NCBI GenBank assembly: GCA_014905635.1
Contig: JABVCE010000003.1
Coordinates: 1,612,001 to 1,676,000, forward strand
Length of the DNA: 64,000 nucleotides
Origin: Scenedesmus sp. PABB004
Taxonomy: Eukaryota
Direction: 5' to 3'
Shown here: positions 25,145 to 39,200 of the stretch, piece after piece
Layout: each line of letters starts with the position of its first letter
How positions within the stretch are numbered: the stretch's first letter is position 1
Notes under the pieces: model-generated
The model's input: the letters and a program-made list of their open reading frames with translations, nothing else
Databases searched by the model: none
Told to the model about the DNA's origin: nothing
Translations under genes and position numbers: made by a program

Positions 25145-27066
25145 TCACGACACCAGCTGCCCGCCATGCTGCAGCGTGACCGCCGCCACAGCCTGGCGCC
25201 AGTGCCGCGCCACGCCGCGCAGGTCAGCCACGGGCTGCTCCTCAAGCGCCGCCTGCAGCTCTGCCCACGCCTCGTCTGCCAGCGCGCACACCTCCTCCTG
25301 CGCCGCGGGCGCACCCGGAGCCGCGCCGTCGGGCGCCGGCTCCAGGACCGCGCCCGGCCCGTGCACGGCGGCGGGCGGCTGGTCGGGGTATCCCGCCGGC
25401 ACCAGCAGCTTGAGCCGCTTCCAGGCGCTGCTGCTGACCGCGGCTGTCGCGTCGCTGCCTGCCGCGCCGTCCGTGCACTCCAGGCAGACCGGCACGCCCT
25501 GGGCGTCGCCCGCCGACTCGGGCAGCAGCGTCAGCCGCACCGCGTCGCCCAGCTCGGCCGCCTCCTCCTGCAGCAGCTGCCGGCAGCGCTTGAGCGCCGA
25601 CTCGTCGCGCGCCGCGCCCTCGGCGGGCGTGGCGCCCGGCGCCGCCGCTGCCGCTTCCGCCGCCGGCTGGTAGCCGTCCGGCGCGCGCACGCACGCGGTC
25701 GCGCTCGCCGCGGGCCCGTCCAGCCAGCCGCCGCCGAGCGCGGGCTCCACCGTCGCCGCCGAGCTGTCCGACGCCTCGGCGCCGCACTCGCCCCCGGCGG
25801 CGGCGGCGGCAAAGTCGGCGGCCGACGGCGGCGCGCCCGCCGCGTGCGCCGGCGGCTGCGGCCACTCGAGCGCGAGCGCCTGCTGCCTCCCCGCGGCGCG
25901 CAGCTGCGCCTGCGTGGCCGCGTCCAGCGCCGCGCGGAGCTTGCCGAGCGGCGTGTCGGCGCCCGCGCCCGTCGGCGGCGGCGCGACGGGCGCGGGCGCG
26001 GCGGGCGCCGCCTCGCGCTCGGGGCCCGCCGGCGGGCCCGCGGCGGGCGGCCTGTCGCCGCCGCCGGCCCCCGGCGCGCCCACCGCGCGGCCGTCGGCCG
26101 CGCGCGCCTCTGGCAGCACCGCCGCGGGCAGGTCGGGCTTGATGGGCAGCGTGGGCCCGGGCGCGCCGGCGCCGATGGGCGGCGTAGCCGCCGCGCCAGC
26201 GCCCGCGGGCGAGGGCGCGGGCGCGCCCATGGGGCTCGGCGCGCTGGGGCGCGACAGGACCTCGTCCGGCGTGGCCGCCACGGCGCCGTAGCCGCCGGGC
26301 GCCCCCGGGCCGGGCGCCTGCGGCGCGCCGCCGCCCGCCGGCTTGGCCATGCCGGGGCGGCGCGAGCGGATGGCGTAGAGCTGCGTGACCATGGCCTCGC
26401 AGCTCTTGGACATGCCGTACAGGTGCGCAAACGCGTCCAGGCCCATGCCGCTCGCCGCGTCCCAGCTGGTCGGCCGCGGCGCGTTGAGCGCGTCGAGCAG
26501 CTGCGCCGGGCAGAGCGCACGGCGCGGCGCGGCGCGGCGGGCGGCCGTCGGCGCGCGGCGTGCGCCCGCCGCGCCGCCCTGCGCGCCGCCGGCGGCCAGC
26601 GCGCGCGCGCGCGCGCCGCGCCCCCTGCCCCGCCCCGACGCCGCGCCGCCCCGGTCCCCCCTTGCAGCGCCGCGGCCCACCTGCGTGGTCTTGGCCTGGT
26701 AGGTGTGAATCTTGTCGCGGTTGGCGGGCGTCGTGCGCTGGCTGGCGAGCAGGCCGTGCAGGTCGGCCAGGTCGGCCGCGTAGCGCGACCGCAGCTCGTC
26801 GAGCTGCCGGTAGTAGGCCACGCTGCGCGAGCGCGGCGACAGCGGCGCCACGGACGCCAGCAGCGCCGCCTTGGCCGCAGACGCGCCGCCGGGGGCGCCG
26901 CCCGCCGCGGCGCCGCCCGGCGGCAGCGCCTGGGGCGGCGCCGCGGCCGACATGGGCGCGCGGAACGCGCCCGCCTGCTGGTGCGCCGCCGCGGCCGCCG
27001 CGGCCGCCGCGATGGCGCCCGAGTTGGCGGCGGCGGAGCCCGGCGCCGGCCCCCCCGCCGCCGCGC

Positions 27067-27131
<65 letters not shown>

Positions 27132-28208
27132 GGCGGTGCCGCGCCCGCCGGCTGACCCGCGCCGGCCGCGTAGCCGTAAGCGCCCGCCTGCTGCGGCGCC
27201 TGGCCCTGCATCATGACGTAGCTGCCGCCAGGCGCCTGCTGCTGCTGCTGCTGCTGCGCCTGCTGCTGCTGCTGCTGCTGCTGCTGCATGTAGAGCGCCT
27301 GCTGCGCCTGCTGCGCCTGCTGTGCCTGCTGCGCCTGCACCGCCTGCGCCGCCTGCGCCGCCTGCAGCATGCTGCCCTGCGCCATGTAGGCATGGCCCAG
27401 GTGCTGTGTGCCCGCCGGTGCGTACGCGCCCGGCTGCGCCTGCAGCTGCGACGAGTTGGACTGCAGCAGGGCGGTGAAGCCGCCGCTGGGGGGGCCCATC
27501 TGCTGCGGCATGGCCTGCTGCTGATGCATGGCCTGCTGCTGATGCATGGCCTGCTGCTGCACCTGGTGCTGCACGCCCATGGCCTGCTGCGCCGCCTGCG
27601 CCTGCTGAGCCTGCTGCTGCGCCTGCTGCTGCGCCGGCGCGGGCGCTGGCTCGGCGAGGAGGTTGAGAAAGTCCACAAAGCTGGGGTCGTTGGACACCGA
27701 CACCTGCGCCGCCATGCCGCCGCCGGGGGCGCTGCCGGGGTAGAGCGCCTGCGGCGGCGCGCGGCGGCGCGGGGGTTGCACGCGCCGCCCAGCCAGGTGC
27801 GGCTCGGGGACCTGGCCGGGCGCGTGAGCGCGCGCCGCGCCCCACCTGCTGCTGCGCCGGCTGCTGCGGCAGCGGCGCCGGCATGTGCGGCTGCATCTGC
27901 TGCGGCTGCATCATGGGCGGCGGCTGCTGCGGCACGTACAGCGCGGCCGGCTGCTGGTACTGCTGCACCGCCGGCTGGCCGTAGGGCTGCGCCGGCATGC
28001 CATACTGCGCCACGCCTGCGCGGCGCGGGCGCAGCGGCAGCGCGCGTCGGGCGCGCGCGCTGGGCGCGCGGCGGGCGGGCGCGGCGGCGCACGCGAGCCG
28101 ACGCTGGCCGGCGTCCCACCTTGCACGCCGCCGGGCGGCATCGCCTGCTGCTGCATTGCCTGCTGCTGCATGGCCTGCTGCTGCGCGTGCATGGCCTGGT
28201 GCTGCGCG

Positions 28209-28258
<50 letters not shown>

Positions 28259-28588
28259 CTGCTTGAGCGCCGACGACGTCACCAGCTTGTTGACCATCTC
28301 CGTGGCAATGCGTTCGTACTCGCTCTGCGGCGGTGCCAGAGGCGGCGCCGGCGGCGCGCGTGAGCGCGGCGGAGCGGCGGCGGCGGCGGCGGAGCGGCGG
28401 CTGATGCGGGTGGAGCGGCCGCCGCGCACCAGGTTGTTGCCCGCCTGCTTGAGCGCGGTCATCTCGATGTTGAGGCTGTACTTGTTGACCTCGTCCGCGC
28501 TGCGCCCGGAGGCGAGCACCGCCGCGCGAATGCCGCTGAAGATGCGCTGCAGCATGCCCTGCCGCACGTCGCGCGGAAACGCAGACAT
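25145..28588 (-). CDS. MED15: Mediator subunit 15 (MED15)-like, multi-exon, poly-Q
   Basis: N-terminal KIX-like helices (RQGMLQRIFSGI...YSLNIEMTALKQAGNNL|SEYERI), long Gln tracts, C-terminal LKLLVPAGYPDQPP...LRGVARHWRQAV...QHGG as in plant MED15. Confidence 0.72.
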
Positions 28589-28851
28589 GGCGACGATGAT
28601 CCTGGAGTCGAATGCACGCGGCACGAACGAGCGGCAGGGGCGGCGGATAGGGCGGGCGTCGGGGCAGGCGCGGCCCGCGGCGGCGGCGGCGGCGGCGGCG
28701 GCAACCACTGCAGCAGCGGCGCCGCGCCGCGCGCAGCCCTGGCGCGGGGCGGCCGCGTGGCCGCTGCGTTTCAAGCTGAAAAGCGATGCTCCGACCACCG
28801 GCGGTCGCGGGGGCCCGCGGAGGCGCGCCGCGGCGCCGGCAGGGCGCTGAG

Positions 28852-29180
28852 CTGCCGCTCGCATCTCGCCGCCGCCGCGCCGCACCCGGGCCGCACCTCG
28901 CCGCCGCGCCGCTCGCTCCGGTCTCTAAGCACGACACTCCAACCCCCCGCCTGCTCCGCCCGCCCCCAGGCGCCCGCAGGGGCCGGGGCGGCGCTGCTGC
29001 TGCGGGCCGGCGGCGCCGCGTGCGCCGTGTGCGGGCGGTGCTGGCGGGCCGTGCGGGCGCGGGTGCGCGTCTGGGGTGGCGAGCGGGCGCTGTGGCGGAG
29101 GGGTCCCTGCAGCGGCGGGGAGGACACGGCCGCCGAGCGAGCGGGCGGGCGCAGCGCGCTGAGCCCTGCGCCGCCGCCGC
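28852..29180 (-). repeat. Dispersed gene-upstream repeat, copy D (3'-truncated)
   Basis: Plus strand ccggtctctaagcacg and cggcggggaggacacggccgccgagcg...gctgagccctgcgccgccgc are reverse complements of copy A/C blocks. Confidence 0.82.
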
Positions 29181-29554
29181 CGCGCGGGGCAGGCGGTGCG
29201 GCCGGGCGCCCGCCCCGCTGCACGGCAGTGCCAGGCAGGCGCCAGGAGAAGGTTGGGCTGGCGCACCGCCGCTGGGCCTAGCGCAGGCGCTGGGGCGCAG
29301 CTGCCGCGTGCGGGGCGCGCGAGTGGCTGTCAACGCGCGACCTCTCTCTCTCTGCGCTCGAGGCAGCGCCGACGCGCGCTCTCAGTGAAGCGGGCTGGCG
29401 CGGCACACGCACGACAGGCGGGCAGAGCGGCGGAGGGGACGGCAGCAGCAGCCAGCACGGCAGGCCACGGCGCGCGCAGCAGCGCACACGCGCAAACGGC
29501 ACGTGCCAGCGGCCGCGCTGCCGAGGGGGGGAGCGGGGCTTTCCGGGGGTTGGT

Positions 29555-29570
29555 GGTGTTGAAAAACACC
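29555..29570 (-). terminator. Histone mRNA 3' stem-loop (H2A)
   Basis: GGTGTT-TTTC-AACACC on minus strand. GGAAAG at 29539-29544 (-). Confidence 0.92.
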
Positions 29571-29682
29571 ATTTTTGGGGGTGCGCTCGCGTGCGGGCGG
29601 CCGGCCAGTGGCGCGGCGCCCGTGGCGGCTGGCGCTACTGCCGGAGCAGCAGCGCCGGGTGTGGCCGGGCGTCGCTGCCGGT

Positions 29683-30072
29683 TTACTCGGCGGCGGCCTC
29701 GCCCTTCTTGCCCTTCTTGGGCAGGAGCATGGTGTGGATGTTGGGCAGCACGCCGCCGGAGGCGATGGTCACGGTGCCCAGGAGCTTGGAGAGCTCCTCG
29801 TCGTTGCGGATGGCGAGCTGGATGTGGCGGGGGATGATGCGGTTCTTCTTGTTGTCGCGCGCGGCGTTGCCGGCCAGCTCCAGCACCTCGGCCGCGAGGT
29901 ACTCGAGCACCGCCGCGAGGTACACGGGCGCGCCCGCGCCGATGCGCTCGGCGTAGCGGCCCTTCTTCAGGTAGCGCGCCAGGCGGCCCACGGGGAACTG
30001 CAGGCCCGCCTTGGAGGAGCGGGACACCGCCTTGCCCTTGGCCTTGCCGGCCGCCTTGCCGCGCCCAGACAT
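29683..30072 (-). CDS. H2A: Histone H2A
   Basis: [14 protein letters not shown]...[24 protein letters not shown]...GGVLPNIH, intronless. Confidence 0.99.
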   Translation of the reverse strand: MSGRGKAAGKAKGKAVSRSSKAGLQFPVGRLARYLKKGRYAERIGAGAPVYLAAVLEYLAAEVLELAGNAARDNKKNRIIPRHIQLAIRNDEELSKLLGTVTIASGGVLPNIHTMLLPKKGKKGEAAAE

Positions 30073-30369
30073 GCTGAGTCGGGGTGGGGGTTGACTGCGG
30101 GGTGCTGGGTCGCTGCTGCAGCGGTGTTGCCGGCGGCTGGCCCGTGAGGGCGGTCATATACGCGCCCACGCCAGCGAGGAGGCGGGCGGGCGGCAGCGAC
30201 GGCTCGAGCTCAGGCGGGGCGGTCTCGCGCTCTGAGCTGAGCTGAGTGCGGCGCGCGGGGTTGTTGCCCCGCGCCCCGCCCTACAAAAGGCCCCGCCCCG
30301 CCCCCCGGCGCCCAACCCGTGCCCTCGTCGCACCCAGACGCAGCCCCCGCACCCCACCAGCCCGGCACC
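30073..30369. promoter_or_regulatory. Bidirectional H2A/H2B promoter
   Basis: Between divergent ATGs. TATAT (toward H2A), TACAAAA (toward H2B), GAGCTCAGG and (CTGAG)x3. Confidence 0.7.
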
Positions 30370-30735
30370 ATGGCCCCCAAGGCCGCTGAGAAGGCTCCGG
30401 CCAAGGCGCCCGCCAAGAAGACCACCGACGGCAAGGGCAAGAAGAAGAAGGTCTCCAAGGCCGAGACCTACAAGATTTACATCTACAAGGTGCTCAAGCA
30501 GGTGCACCCCGACACCGGCATCAGCTCCAAGGCGATGTCCATCATGAACAGCTTCATCAACGACATCTTTGAGAAGATTGCCGGCGAGGCCTCCCGCCTG
30601 GCCCGCTACAACAAGAAGCCCACCATCACCTCGCGCGAGATCCAGACCGCCGTGCGCCTCATCCTGCCCGGCGAGCTCGCCAAGCACGCCGTGTCTGAGG
30701 GCACCAAGGCCGTGACCAAGTTCACCTCCGCCTAA
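30370..30735 (+). CDS. H2B: Histone H2B
   Basis: [12 protein letters not shown]...[25 protein letters not shown]...[18 protein letters not shown] at 30370 in ccggcaccATGg context, the same as H3. Confidence 0.99.
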   Translation: MAPKAAEKAPAKAPAKKTTDGKGKKKKVSKAETYKIYIYKVLKQVHPDTGISSKAMSIMNSFINDIFEKIAGEASRLARYNKKPTITSREIQTAVRLILPGELAKHAVSEGTKAVTKFTSA

Positions 30736-30822
30736 GCGCGCCCACGGCGGCACCCGGCTGAGCCACGCGCCCGCGCGCTGCCAGCCGCGGCGCGGCGGCG
30801 ACGGCCAACCCCCCCTCAAAAT

Positions 30823-30838
30823 GGTGTTTTTCAACACC
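30823..30838 (+). terminator. Histone mRNA 3' stem-loop (H2B)
   Basis: GGTGTTTTTCAACACC. GGAAAG at 30852-30857. Confidence 0.92.
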
Positions 30839-31461
30839 ACCACCCCGGCCTGGAAAGCAGCAACGCTGCGCGCGCGCTTGCAGGCTGGCGGGCCGCAGCG
30901 GTGCGGGCGCAGCAGCGGCAGCGCGCGCGCCCAGCCTGCAGCAGCACACGGCGCGCCTCAGCTGGCTGCGGTAGCGCGTCGGGGTGCGCGTCGCTCGCTG
31001 CAGCCAGCGGTGTGTGCGTGCGCGCAGCTGCCGGGGACGCTGGCTGCGTCGGCGCAGACCGCAGCCGCGCGGCAGCTGGCGCGCGCACCCGCGCGGCGGC
31101 TGGCGCGCGCACCCCCGCCGCGCACCGTGCCGTCGCTGAGAGCTGGCGCCGTGACGGCGCCGCCGCGCGCTGCGACCGACTGGTCGGCGGCGCCCGCTCT
31201 CGCGCTCGGGCAGACCTCCGGCCTCCTTTCCCGCGCGCACGCCTCGGCTGACGGGCGCCCAGGCGTGCGCCAGGCCTCCCACCGGCAGCATCCCCCGCCG
31301 CTGCTCCGGCCGCCGCGCCCGCCCGCCGCCTGGCGGCCGCCCACGCGCCCGCGTTCCGGTGACAGCAAGCTCAGCGCTCACGCCGCGTGCCTCTCCGCGG
31401 CCAGGCGCTCGCACGGCAGGCCGGCGTGGGCGCAGCAGCAGCGCCGAGCGCGGCGGCCGCC

Positions 31462-34400
31462 ATGCCGCGCTCTGGGCCGCGAGAGCGGCCGGGCGCGAGG
31501 ATCACCTGCGCCTGCGGCCACTCGCCGTGCCCGATGGAGGTCGCGCTCGAGCTTCTGGCTTGCGGCGAGGCCGCCGCAGAGAGCGGCGAGCCCGCCTGCT
31601 TCTGCGGGCTCGCCTTGCTCAGCGACGGCATGCCTCAGCCGTTCGAATCCGTTTTTAAGGTCATGCACGGCCAGCCGCTGGGGCACGACGCGCTGGCGTT
31701 GGGGCGCACGCTGGCCGGTGGCGTGGCGGCGGCGCTGCGCCTGTTCATCGCGACCTGCGCCGGCAACCGGGGCGGCTGCACGGAGCTGTGCAACCCGCAG
31801 ATGCTGGCAGCGGCGCTGCAGGTCGTCGCTGTTGCCTGCGACGCGCTGACTCATCTGCTGCAGGGCACGGCGGACGCGGACAGCGGGCCCGACTGGCAGG
31901 CGCGGCTCGCCTCGGACGCCGTCGCTGCAGGTGCGCGCGGCGGCGACTCCGCGGGCAGCTCGCGTGCGCGCGGTGCATGTTCAGTCGGCCCTGCCCCGCT
32001 GCCCCGCCGCGCCGCCGCCGCTCAGGCCTCATCCCAGCGCTCGGCGCAGCGGCGCCCTGCCTGGCGGCCCTCATCCGCGCGGCTGGCGCGCAGCAGCAGC
32101 AGGGCGGCGCCGCGGCGCTGCAGCAGGAGCTGCTCCACCCGGCGTCGCCTCTGCGGCTGGTGCCGCTGGGCCCTGGCCTGCTTGCAGCGGTGTACGTGGC
32201 GGCCCTGTGGGGCAGGGTGTCAATGCTGCGCTGCGGCCTCGAATGCGAGTCGAGCGTGCTCCCTGCCCTGCTCAGCTCGCTGGACAGGCAGGTGGCATCA
32301 AAGCTGCAGCCGGTGACAGAGCTGGTGCTGGCGATGCTGCACGCGTGGGAGAGCAGGCCCGGCGGCAGCGGTGGCGGCGGTGGCGGTGGCGGCAGAGCGG
32401 CTCAGCGGGCCAGCCGGCGCGGCGCTGCGCGCTGGCCGCACGACCTGGACGACACGGGCAACAGGTCGTGGGGCCTTGTGGCTGACGCAGCCGCGGGCGT
32501 CGGCCAGGCCACCTGCATTTTTTTTCGCGAGCTGGCCAGCCCTGCGCTTGGCGGCGGCGGGGCGAGCGACCGTGCGCCGGGCCTGCCGCTCGCGCTGCTG
32601 CAGCAGCTGGCGTCGGCACCCAGCGTGCTGGCGTGCGCGTGCGCCTTTCTGGGCATCGCCGCCCGGGCCCTGCACGTGCTCCAGCGCGGCATGGCTGGCT
32701 GGCCGGCGGGGGGCGGCGCCGGCGCGCCGGCGGTGCCGGCCTGGCACGATGAGCTGTTTGCCGCGCTGGTCCACGTCACGCGCCTGGACGGCGACAGCTA
32801 CGACGAGGCGTTCAGGCAGCTAAACAACAACATGCTTGCGCTCAACGGCGTCACCACTGCGCTGCGCCTGACGGCGGCAGCAGCGGAGCAGCCAGGCGAC
32901 GCCGGCGCCAGGACCGCCGCCAGCGGCCAGGGCGAGGCAGCGCTGCGGGGCCCGCTGATGCTGGCGGCGGCGCAGCTGCTGGCGCTCAAGCCAGAGCTGG
33001 CCCTGGTGGCGCCCTGCACAGCGCTGCTGGGCGCGCTGTCACCTGCCGGCGCCCCGCCAGACGCGGCAGCCAGCGAGGCGGCGAGCAGAGCCTTCCGGCT
33101 GCTGGGCACGGCGGCCGCCCACGCGCTGCGCAGCGCTCTGGAGCAGCTGACGCTGGCTGTGCGGGGCAGAGCCAATTCAGGGCTGGTGCTGCATGCACAC
33201 CAGTGCATGCAGAGGCACCTAGGCAGCCTGGCCAGCGATGTGCTGCGCACGCTGCGCGCAGGTGAGGCCGCGCACGCACACACGCGCCAGGGCAGCTTGC
33301 CAGCAGTGTGACTCCTGAGCCGCCGCCGCCCCACCCCCGCCGCCGCCCTGCTGCAGGCGGGCCTGACAGCCTGGCAGGCGCGCTGCAGGGTGACGTGGCG
33401 CTCGTGGGCCCCGGCCTGGAGGCGCTGGTGAGGGCTGTGCAGGTGGGCGCGCTGGCGGCGCAGGGCGACACCGAGGAGCAGGACACAGCTTTTGACCGGC
33501 TCTGCGAGTCGCATGGTGCGTTTTCCGACACGCAACTGGAGGCCATCGCCAGCGTCGCTGTTGCGCACCCGGAGCGGACTGGGCCAGCGGCGGCAGCGGC
33601 GGAGGAGCAGCTGTGTGGGGCGCTGTCGGTCGTGCACGCCGCTGCCCAGGCGGCGGCGCCACCGCCTGGCAGCGCAGCCGGGCGCAGCGCGAGCACTTCC
33701 CAGGAGCAGCTCGCGCTGCTGGCGCTGCTGTTGTGCGCGCTGAAGTGCTCGGCCAGCGCCTTCAACCGGCTGGACGCCCCGCAGGGCGCTGCGTGCAGCG
33801 CGCGCGTCGCGCTCGGCGCGGCTGCAGCCGCGCGCGCTGGTGCGGCGCTGGCGTGTGCGGCGGGGGCGGCGCCGCAGCAGGGTCACAGCGCCGCCAGCAG
33901 GAGCACCGCGAGCAGCAGCAGCCGTCGCAGCAGGGCCAAGGCCGACGCCCTGGGCGCGGAGAGCCTGCAGCAGCTGGCGGCGGTGCTGGTGGGGCGCGCC
34001 CTGCTGGTCGTTGGCGCGCAGCTGCAGTGCGCAGCAGCCGGCGCGAGCAGCAGCGGCGCCCCCGCGCCGCCGCCGTTCGAGCCAGCGGCCCTGGAGGAGT
34101 GCAGCGCTGCCGCCGCACGCCTGCTGCAGGCGGCGCCGGGCCTGCCGCAGCGCGCGCGTGCCGCGCTGGAGGCAGCGCAGAGCGAGCTGGGCGGCGTGGG
34201 CGGGCCGGCGGGGCAGCCTGGCGGCGCGGCGGGCCAGGCGGCGGCGCTGCAGCGGCTGGAGCAGGCGCTCTGCGCTGAGTGCGTGCTGCCCTCCCTGGCC
34301 GACTGCAACAACCCCACCTGCACCTCGGTGGGGGGCACGGGCAAGGGCTCGCGCTGCAGCGGCTGCAAGGCCGCCCGCTACTGCTGCAAGGAGGTGCGGC

Positions 34401-34540
34401 GCCGGCGGGCGGGACCCAGCGCAGCTCAGCGCCTGCACCGCTGCAGACGCGCGCGCTGCGCCGCCGCCTGCTCGCAGTGCCAGGCCGCACACTGGCCGCA
34501 GCACAAGGCGGCGTGCAAGCGGCTGAGCCGGGCGGGCTGA
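31462..34540 (+). CDS. MYND-type zinc finger protein, copy 2 (exons 31462-31930, 32026-33261, 33357-34393, 34478-34540)
   Basis: Paralog of 542-3635 with open exons. CSGCKAARYCCKE|CQAAHWPQHKAAC. Confidence 0.8.
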
Positions 34541-34681
34541 CGGAGCGGCGGCGAGGTGCAGGTTGACGAGTTGCTGAGCCGCGTGTTGCTGCTTTGCGCG
34601 TTGGCCGCGGCTGCCGCTGGCAACACAGGCCCACCGCCGCGTGCGCTGCCGGGCGTCAGGGAGCCTTTCCGGGGGCTTGGT

Positions 34682-34697
34682 GGTGTTGAAAAACACC
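34682..34697 (-). terminator. Histone mRNA 3' stem-loop (H3 copy 3)
   Basis: GGTGTT-TTTC-AACACC on minus strand. GGAAAG at 34665-34670 (-). Confidence 0.92.
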
Positions 34698-34849
34698 ATT
34701 TTGGGGGTTGCTGCCAGGCGCCGGTGGCCGCCGACAGCGCGCCGACAGACGGCAGCAGCGCCTGTGCTGGGCCCTGCCGCCGCCGCCGCCGCGGTCAGCG
34801 GGCCGGCGCCGGGCGCACGCGAGCAGGCGCCGGTGGTGGCGGCTGCTGC

Positions 34850-35847
<998 letters not shown>

Positions 35848-35964
35848 GCGGATCGCCCATCAGCGACCGCCGCGTGCGCGCCGGCCGGCCCGGCGCCCGC
35901 CCGGCTGCTGCCCAAGCCTGCAGCCGGTGGCGCCGGCGCTGCGCCGGCGGCCAACCCCCAAAAT

Positions 35965-35980
35965 GGTGTTTTTCAACACC
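35965..35980 (+). terminator. Histone mRNA 3' stem-loop (H4 copy 3)
   Basis: GGTGTTTTTCAACACC. GGAAAG at 35993-35998. Confidence 0.92.
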
Positions 35981-36135
35981 ACCAACCGTGTTGGAAAGCG
36001 CACCCTGCGACTGCCGCGAGCGCTGGTGGTGCTGGCCTGCGCACGCGCGTGCGACACTGCAGCGTCCGAGGTCGTGCTGTGCCGCTGTCAGGCAGCCCGG
36101 CGCGGCGGCGGCAGTCAGGCAGCCTCTCATCTCAG

Positions 36136-36270
36136 TCAGTCACACTGGCCGGCCGCGGCGCCGGCGCGCCGCGCCGCGTCGACCTCCATCGCCAGCAGGT
36201 ACACCCTGCTGCGCGGCAGCCCGCAAACCGCCGGGCCAGTGCCAGCGCCCGACACACACGCACGCTGCCG
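36136..36270 (-). pseudogene. Degenerate duplicated 3' fragment of rsmI
   Basis: Reads [28 protein letters not shown] versus Rsm[27 protein letters not shown], with indels upstream. Confidence 0.85.
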
Positions 36271-36284
36271 CTCCCCGCCAGGCG

Positions 36285-39200
36285 CTAGAGCCCGAGGTCG
36301 GCCTCCACCATCTTGCGCGCGATCGGGTGGTACCGCGGCGCCGCGGCCGCAAACGTGTCGCGCGCGAGCGCGGGCCCCGCCGCGCTGCGGCTGCGCAGCA
36401 GCGCGCGGTACAGCGGGCGCAGGTACTTCATGCGGCCCTGCTCGGTGAGAAAGGCGCGCACGCCGGGGAACACCGCCTCGTCGCCGGCGGCGATGCACAG
36501 CTGCGGCGGCGCGCCAGCGCGCGGCGCGCGTGAGGAGCGCCCTGCGCGCCGGCCCGGCGGCAGCGGCCGCCCGGCGGCAGCGGCAGCGGTGCGCGCCGCG
36601 CGCGGCAGCGCCGGTCGCACCTTGTACCAGGCGGCGCGGATCTCGGCGTTGGTGGCGGCGTCAAAGCCGTACGCCGCGTCGGCCGCGCGGCACAGCGCCG
36701 GCGCGAGCGGAGTCATGCTGCGCAGCTCGGCCAGGCGCTCCAGGAACGCGAGCACCTGCGCCGCGCCGCGCCGCGCGGCGCGCTGTGGGACCAGGCCGCC
36801 GCGCCGCGCGGGCGGCGCGCGCCGCACGCGGCGGCGCGGCCGCCGCACCTGCTCGGTGCCCCAGCCCGCGATGTCGGCCGGCCCCGCGCCCGGCGGCGGC
36901 GGCGCGCCGACGCCGAGCACGTCTGCGGTGTGCCAGCGCACCGCGAGCGCCTCCGCGGCCGCGGCGAGCGAGGTGTCGTAGGTGTTGGCCTCAGGCGGCA
37001 TGCCCGGCGCGTGCAGCCACGCGTCCCAGTCGATGCCCGCGACTGCGTGCCGCGGCAGCATGGCAGCGGCGCCCGTGGCGGCGTCGGCAGGGCGGCGGCG
37101 CCACGGCGCGCGCGCGCGGCGCGGCGCGGGCCGCGGGGTCCGCCGCACCCTCGGGGACGGCCGCAAAGTGGTCGCAGAAGTGGCGCCTGAACGCGTCGCT
37201 CGTGACGGTGCCGCCCGCAAACGATGCGAGGTAGGCCCGCATGTACGGATCAAACGCGGCGGGGCCGCCTACGAGGGACTCGAGCCAGTACAGGAACCAG
37301 AAGCCCTTCTCGTACGGGACCTGCGCGCGCCGCGCCGCGGCGGCCGCGGCGGCGCGCCGCGTCACGCCGCGCCGGCGCGGCGTCGCCCAAGCGCCCGCGC
37401 GCCCGCGCCGCGCGCCCACGCGCCCGCCGCCGCCGCCCGTCGCCGCGCGCGCCCGCGCGCCCGCGCGCACGCGCGAGAAGGCGTCATCCGGGTCGGCGCC
37501 GTGCGAGAGGTCGGGCACGAGGCGCGTGAAATTGTGGTCGTGGCCGATGCGCGACACCTCCTCTGCCAGCGACGCGGCGCCGCGCGACGCCGCAAACTGG
37601 CGCGCGGCCTCACCGTGCAGGGCGCCGAGGATCTTGCGCTCCAGAAAGACCGTCCAGCCCTGGTTGGTTGTTGTTGTTTGGGGGGGGGGTGTTGGGGGTG
37701 TTGAGGGTGTGTGTTGTGTTGTGTGTGTGTGTGGGGGGGGGGGTGAGGGCGGTGAGGGGACGGTGTGGCGGCGGGTGCGGGCGAGCACGCCCGCACGCGC
37801 GGGCGCGGGGCGGCGCGCGGGCGCGGGGCGGCGCGCGTCGCGTGCGGGCGGGGTGTCGCGCCTCGTTGAGCCAAAAGTCTGACCAGGCGGCGTTGGTCAC
37901 CAGGTTGCCGGTCCACGAGTGCGCGATCTGCGGCGGCGCCGCGGCGGCGGGGCGCTCGCGAGGCGCCCGCGGCGCAGGGAGGGCGTGGCCGCCCAAGACG
38001 GGCGCTGAGCGTCCCGGTAATTAAGCCTGCGGGCCGGCCCAGGCGCGGCGCCGCGTGCCGCGCACGCGCCGCGCGCCGCGCCGCGCCTCGTGTGCGACGA
38101 CGTTGGTGAGGCTGCGGTCGCCGGCGATGAGCGTGGGCGTGACAAAGGTGAGACAAGGGTTCTCCATGCCCCCGTAAGGAAAGCTCGGCGGCAGCAGGAG
38201 CAGGTCGTAGCGCCCCCACACGTACCGCCCCGCCAGCGCCTCGGCTGGGCGGGCCGGTGGGTGGGCGAGGGTGGGGGGTGGGGGGCGTGAGAGCGTGCAG
38301 GTGCGGCGGCGGCGCGGGGCGCAGGGCCCCCGCCGCCGCACCCGCGTCCAGGAACTTGGCGGTCTCTGCAAACTCGTACGCCGCCGCGTCCACCACGCTC
38401 GGCTCGCTCCACACGCGCGACCTGCGCGCCGCGGCGCCGGGTCGGGCCGCGCGCCGCGCCGCGCCGCCCCGCCGCCGCCCCGCCGCCGCCCCCGCGCCGG
38501 CGCGCCTGTCGCTGAGCTCGCGGCTCTCCAGCTCGCCCACCGCCAGCGCGATGAGGTACGAGGGGATGGGCACGGCCTGGCTGAAGAAAAACCGCGCCGC
38601 GCCGTCGCGCGGCGGCAGGCGCGCCGGCGCGCCGGGCGCGTCGCCGCCGCCGCCGCTGCCGCCGCCCGGGCGCGGCGGGTCGCCGTCGGTGGGCGTCGCG
38701 CTCATGAGGGCTGTGAGGCCGGCCGGCACGCGCACGTCGGCAGAGTATGTGGACTTGACCGACGGCGTGTCCTGCGCGGCGCGCGCGCGCCCGCGGCGGC
38801 GACGGCGGCGGCGGCGGCGGCGCGTCAGAGCGCGCGCGGGCGGCGGCGCGGCGCCGCCAGGCGCGCCGCGTGCCTGGCAGGGCAGGAGGGAGCGCGCGTG
38901 GATGGCCTGGCACTGGGTGAAGAGGTAGGGCTGGGTGCCGCCCGCGGTCATGCTGGGGTCGAGCCACTGCACCGCGGTCGAGCTCGGCGACGTGCTAAAG
39001 CGCACGCCCACCACGAGCGCCGACCCGGGGCCAAAGCCCGGCGGCAGCGTGACGTGCAGCGCGCGCCCGAGCGCCTTGTGCGGCTCGCCCCACGCGTGCG
39101 CGAGCGCGCCGCCGCCCGGCAGCGCCTCGACGGCGTGCACCGCCAGGTCGCGCGTGTCGAGCGTGAGCGTGGCGCCGGCGCCGCCCTCGACGGCGGGCGC

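Noticed and set aside
27068..27130. Long CAG/CTG tracts and apparent poly-Cys ORFs
   Set aside because: They encode the poly-Gln of MED15 (likewise in the kinase). Poly-Cys is the antisense reading.
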